Part shown: one piece after another, positions 58,501 through 64,000 of the stretch
Layout of the letters: each line of letters starts with the position of its first letter
Position numbering within the stretch: the first letter of the stretch is position 1
Assembly (NCBI GenBank): GCA_963575745.1
Contig: CAUYUJ010000316.1
Location: forward strand, 1-64,000
DNA: 64,000 nucleotides
Direction: 5' to 3'
Origin: Prorocentrum cordatum
Lineage: Eukaryota
Program-made: the position numbers and the translations under genes
Notes under the pieces: generated by a model
Databases searched by the model: none
Told to the model about the DNA's origin: nothing
Seen by the model: the letters and a program-made list of their open reading frames with translations, nothing else

Positions 58501-61500
58501 TTTTTTTCCGTCCGTTTGGCCATGGACCTCCCAGGGACCCAGGACTGATTCCCTGTGCCCCCGCCAAAAAAGAGTGAGGTGAAAAGAGGGTGAGGAGGGG
58601 GTGAGGAGGTGGGAGGTGAAGGCGGAGGTGAAGGCGGAGGTGGAGGAGGTGAAAGAGTGGGTGAGGAGGGCGACCAACCTCCGATCCATTTTGGAATGGG
58701 AGCCCTGGGCGCCCGGCTCCAGCAACTCACGCGTGATAGCATGCATTCGAGTGCGCTGGTCCAGAGTGCACCGCTGATACTGCGCCACACATCTCGCCAT
58801 GCCAAGGCGCGCCCTCCGTTGGTCAACATGTCCGAGGACGCATAACTTCAATGGGAGAGCTTGCCAGGCATCCGTCTTCACCCGCAAGTGCAGCAACATA
58901 CGTTGCTTACCATACTCGAAGTCAAGCGCGAGGGTAGCCTTCTGCTGCTCAGAGATCCTGCGGCAATGCAAGAAGAGAAATTCCTGGCATGCCTGGTCCA
59001 CAGTTGCATCGAAAAATGCGTCCAAACCTCCATCGGCAATCTCGGGGCACCTTCTCCCGCGCATGGGGCACTGGCACTCAACGCCGTACCCATGATTGGC
59101 AAGCACCTCCTTGATGTGCTTGCTGTGACACCTGCATGACTGACACCACGCGCTCATGTGCGTAAGCACGCTGTTGAGGGAATGCAGCAAATGAAGGAAT
59201 GCCCAAAAGTAGTGAGATGACAGCGACACATCCACGGTACGTGCAATGGAGCCAACAGATTCGTACCTGGGGGACCGAGGGATCCAGATGCATGCGCTCG
59301 CTCCGCAAAGAGCCTTCCCCATTTGTGTCAGATCCCAAAGGCCCAAAACAACGCTGACCCAAACGGACCAAACTGAAACTGACCGAAATGGTCAACCCCC
59401 CCCAGAAGCAATTGGAACGCGAAATCCCTCGAGATGGAATGGCGCATGCATCTCGCCCCCTCGGTACTTGCCATCGCCATCGGCGTCGGCGAGACCAGCC
59501 CCGTCTCGCTCGGCCTCGCCCCGGCCGCGGTCCAGGAAGTTGACCAGATTCCAGGTGGAGCGGATCACCTGGGCGCGCGCGCGCGAGACAGGCAGACGAG
59601 ACCCCCGGAGGAGGAGGAGGCAGGAGCCGTGACCTCTTCCCTGTCGAGCAACCACGACGAGACGGTCTCCACAATGCCCCACGCTCGCCCGCCGTCGAAC
59701 GAGGGTGGACCAGAGCTGAACTTCCAGTGCAGCGCCTGTGGCACCAAGGCGGTGTTGTAGAGCTGCCTGTTATATGGAGCGTGGAAGAAAGAAACGACCT
59801 TAGACAGCGGCTCCTTCATTTCGCCCCAAGTGTCAAGGCTCGCCAGCAAGCCCTTGCACATATTGTCAACCAAGTGGAACGTTCCAGGAATGTACAAAGA
59901 CCTCAGGAATGAGATGCGACACCCAGCTTCTGCGTCCACGAATCCGTCGTCATCTGTCATGTGCATATCTTTCCAATATGGAAAAGCCTCGTCCACTGAG
60001 ATCTCCATTGTGTTGATGTCCATCTCGGTCCCCATATCTGCGCAGATGCCGACGACGCAAGATGCCAATTGAACTGAGCTCGCCCATGTGTCCGTCTCCA
60101 GGCGTAAGCTGTGGCACACCGCATGCATCTTTGCAGCCAGACTGCTCCTTCGGGTGCCTAGAGCCGTAGGTGGTAGAGTGTGCTGTACGATCTTGGAAGC
60201 AAGCTGCCATCTCAGGTCCTCGTGTACCTCGCAGTCGGCCGGTGTCTCCACTGCGTGTTGCATCATGCGACTGGCGACGTCGGCGCACTTGTCGAGATCG
60301 TCTCCAGAAACGACCTGCAGCTCGCACAACTCCCAATTGCGACCACCTTGGGGGCTGGAGTCGATCAGAGCAAATATTACAGGCCGAACATCGGCAGCGA
60401 GCAGCTTGGCATGGCGACGCCGGTTCATGATCATGAACGCCGCGTCGACGCAGAGGCGAGCGCGGGACGCCGTCGCTTCTGATATGGTAGCAGTTCCAGA
60501 TTCAACCATGGCCTTCAAACTACCGCGCCACACGGAAGGTAAAAGGCGGAGAGCCTGTCGAAGAGAAGTCTGTAGCGCACCAGCGGACCTCAAGTTGAAC
60601 GACAGAATAATACACTCTAACAGAAAACCAGCTCGGTACTGCACGAACTTCCCTAGCTCCTCGTTCCAGTCTCCCCTTCGGCATAACATGATAGACTGAT
60701 TGATTGCACGTTCTTCGCTGCACTCGTGGTCTGCTGCCCTGAGCCAATACACAATTCTCTCAAGCTCGATCCTGTCACCGGGTGAACCATGCACTATGCT
60801 GTTTGTCCATCGGACAAGGGCGTCAGCGATGTACCCCAGTTTGCCACTCCTCGATACCCCCGTCGAGTTCAAGGTGTCCAGGGCCTCAGTTCGGAGAGCG
60901 ACGTGGCGGTCCTTGCATTGGCTCCAGCGCTGCATGTTTCCAATGTCGTCTTTGATCCCGCGCATGTCACTGCTGATGTCTATCCTAACTCCAGGCGGTA
61001 ACGCAAGCAACTCCCACGCGCCAGAAACCACCAGCTTGGCCGCAAAGCAAGGCAACATCAATGTTGACGATGGAGCGGCACCGTGTACCAAGTTGTTGTT
61101 TGGAAAGTAGTCCCGCCAAGCACGAACTAGATCCCCCGCCCGTACCCCGTGGGACGTGTGTGCGGCGAGGGCCTGTTCAATACTGTATCTGGATAACCCA
61201 ACTATAGTTGTATTCATCGAGCAGCCTCCACGTGTGAATGAATTTACGTTCACATCCAGCTCAGCGGCGGCAAGCACGCGCCAGAAGCATGCCTGACCAG
61301 TGCAACCCATGGCGGCCATGACTGTTTTCTGTGAGAGCAGATGTATATCCATTTCGGACCTACATGCGCGATCCAACTTCAAGGCCACGAGCCCAACGAC
61401 CTTACCGTGAGCTTCAGCCCACATCCGCTGGCACATGTCCATAAAACTGGGCTGCTCTTCCCCGCCCCAATCACATAGGATGTCCAGCAATTGGGTCTGG

Positions 61501-61601
61501 AGGGTTTGCTTTGCAACTTTCGGAAGCCCGAGTTCGGGGCTTTGGTTTTCATCACGGAATCGCCCTGGAAGCCCCGACACCCAACACAACCTCACAGTCA
61601 T
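55580..61601 (-). CDS. ~1820-aa DDE (hAT-like) transposase, 4 exons
   Basis: Exons 61601-59634, 59568-59468, 59266-58713 and 58419-55580 total 5463 nt in frame, with introns GT-AG 65 bp, GT-AG 201 bp and GC-AG 293 bp. Candidate catalytic LIDSSPQ (D), CADMGTE (D), PGTFHL, RAWG, VERLHA (E). Also CQSCRCH, CPMRGRR and a C-terminal Cys/His cluster. Start codon inferred. Confidence 0.8.
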
Positions 61602-62007
61602 CCTATGGGCTGGGATCCCTGCAAAGGCCAAAATTGCTGCGTTGTGGCAGGGGCAGGGGAGGAGGAGGAGGAGGAAGGATGCACCTCGCCTGCGCCCTGC
61701 GACACCCCGGGCTCGCCCCTTCCATCGTCGTCGTCCTCCTCTGGGACCCACTGAGGCCCCGCGGAGGCCCAGAGTCACCGAACGCTCTCCGTCCAAAGCT
61801 TTTCACGGCGCGAGGGTGTCTGGGCTGGGGGGTCAAGCCGACCCCTCAAGGACCCATCCAGGGATGCTCCTGGGCTGAGAATCTCGAAGTGGATCCAGCC
61901 GCGGCGGCGACGAGGGCGCCCTGGGAGGCCCAAGTCCAGAAACCTCAGACCTCGGAGCATGACGACGACGACGCCGCCGCCGACGACGACGACGACGGCG
62001 GCGGCGG

Positions 62008-62039
<32 letters not shown>

Positions 62040-62391
62040 GCGACGGTGACCGGCGGGCCGCAAGCGTCGGAGGTCCCTGGCCCTGGCCCTGCCCCTCCTC
62101 CTCCCCCTCCTCCCTCCTACCCCTCCTCCTCCCCCTCCTCCCTCCTACCCCTCCCTGCCCCTCCTCCTCCTCCTCCCCCTCCTCCTCCTCCTCCTCCCTG
62201 CTCCTCCTCCCTGCTCCTCCTCCCTGCTCCTCCTCCCTGCTCCTCCTCCTCCCCGCACTTCATTTTCCTCCCTGCTCCTCCTTTTCTATCTGGCGATGCG
62301 CGATCCAGTGAATCCGCATGCCCCCGCCCGCTGGGTGAAAGTTACTACGTTCCCTCCTCATTTCCTCCTTCTCCCTCCCTCCTCCCCTTTC

Positions 62392-64000
<1,609 letters not shown>

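Larger units (their letters stand above)
46666..62347 (-). mobile_element. Complete 15.7-kb hAT-like DNA transposon with cargo genes
   Basis: Perfect 23-bp TIR: TAGTAACTTTCACCCAGCGGGCG (46666-46688) and CGCCCGCTGGGTGAAAGTTACTA (62325-62347). 8-bp TSD CGTTCCCT at 46658-46665 and 62348-62355. Internal DDE transposase-like gene. Confidence 0.93.

Noticed and set aside
61621..61641. ACGCAGCAATTTTGGCCTTTG (minus) upstream of the transposase as an SL relic
   Set aside because: Only about 14/21 identity; could be chance.
46666..62347. Polinton/Maverick, Helitron or endogenous virus interpretation of the large element
   Set aside because: No pPolB, retroviral-type integrase, capsid, packaging ATPase or Rep-helicase motifs were seen. 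The 8-bp TSD and short TIR fit hAT better than Polinton (typically 6-bp TSD, long TIRs).

Overview
This is GC-rich, (CCT)n-saturated eukaryotic DNA from a dinoflagellate, shown by an intact 22-nt DinoSL and by GC-AG/GT-AG introns with AG|G acceptors. The window is almost entirely mobile DNA and simple repeats. (1) The main feature is a complete 15,682-bp DNA transposon at 46666-62347 with perfect 23-bp TIRs and an 8-bp TSD (hAT-like). It carries three co-oriented spliced genes: a ~1820-aa DDE transposase-like protein, a C5 cytosine DNA methyltransferase, and a ~990-aa Zn-finger/coiled-coil/JmjC-cupin-like protein. A ~700-bp palindrome lies almost exactly at its midpoint. (2) A complete 6.57-kb split-direct-repeat tyrosine-recombinase retrotransposon (DIRS group, Ngaro/PAT type) at 21063-27628 encodes a small membrane ORF, gag-like ORF, RT-RNase H, YR and a second, unrelated C5 methyltransferase. 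(3) Two divergently oriented LINEs start with the spliced leader and sit in (CCT)n tracts. (4) The rest is degenerate LINE fragments, small non-autonomous repeat families, hairpins and microsatellites. Most ORFs in the supplied track are artefacts of triplet repeats and high GC. All domain calls come from motif recognition by eye, not from database searches.
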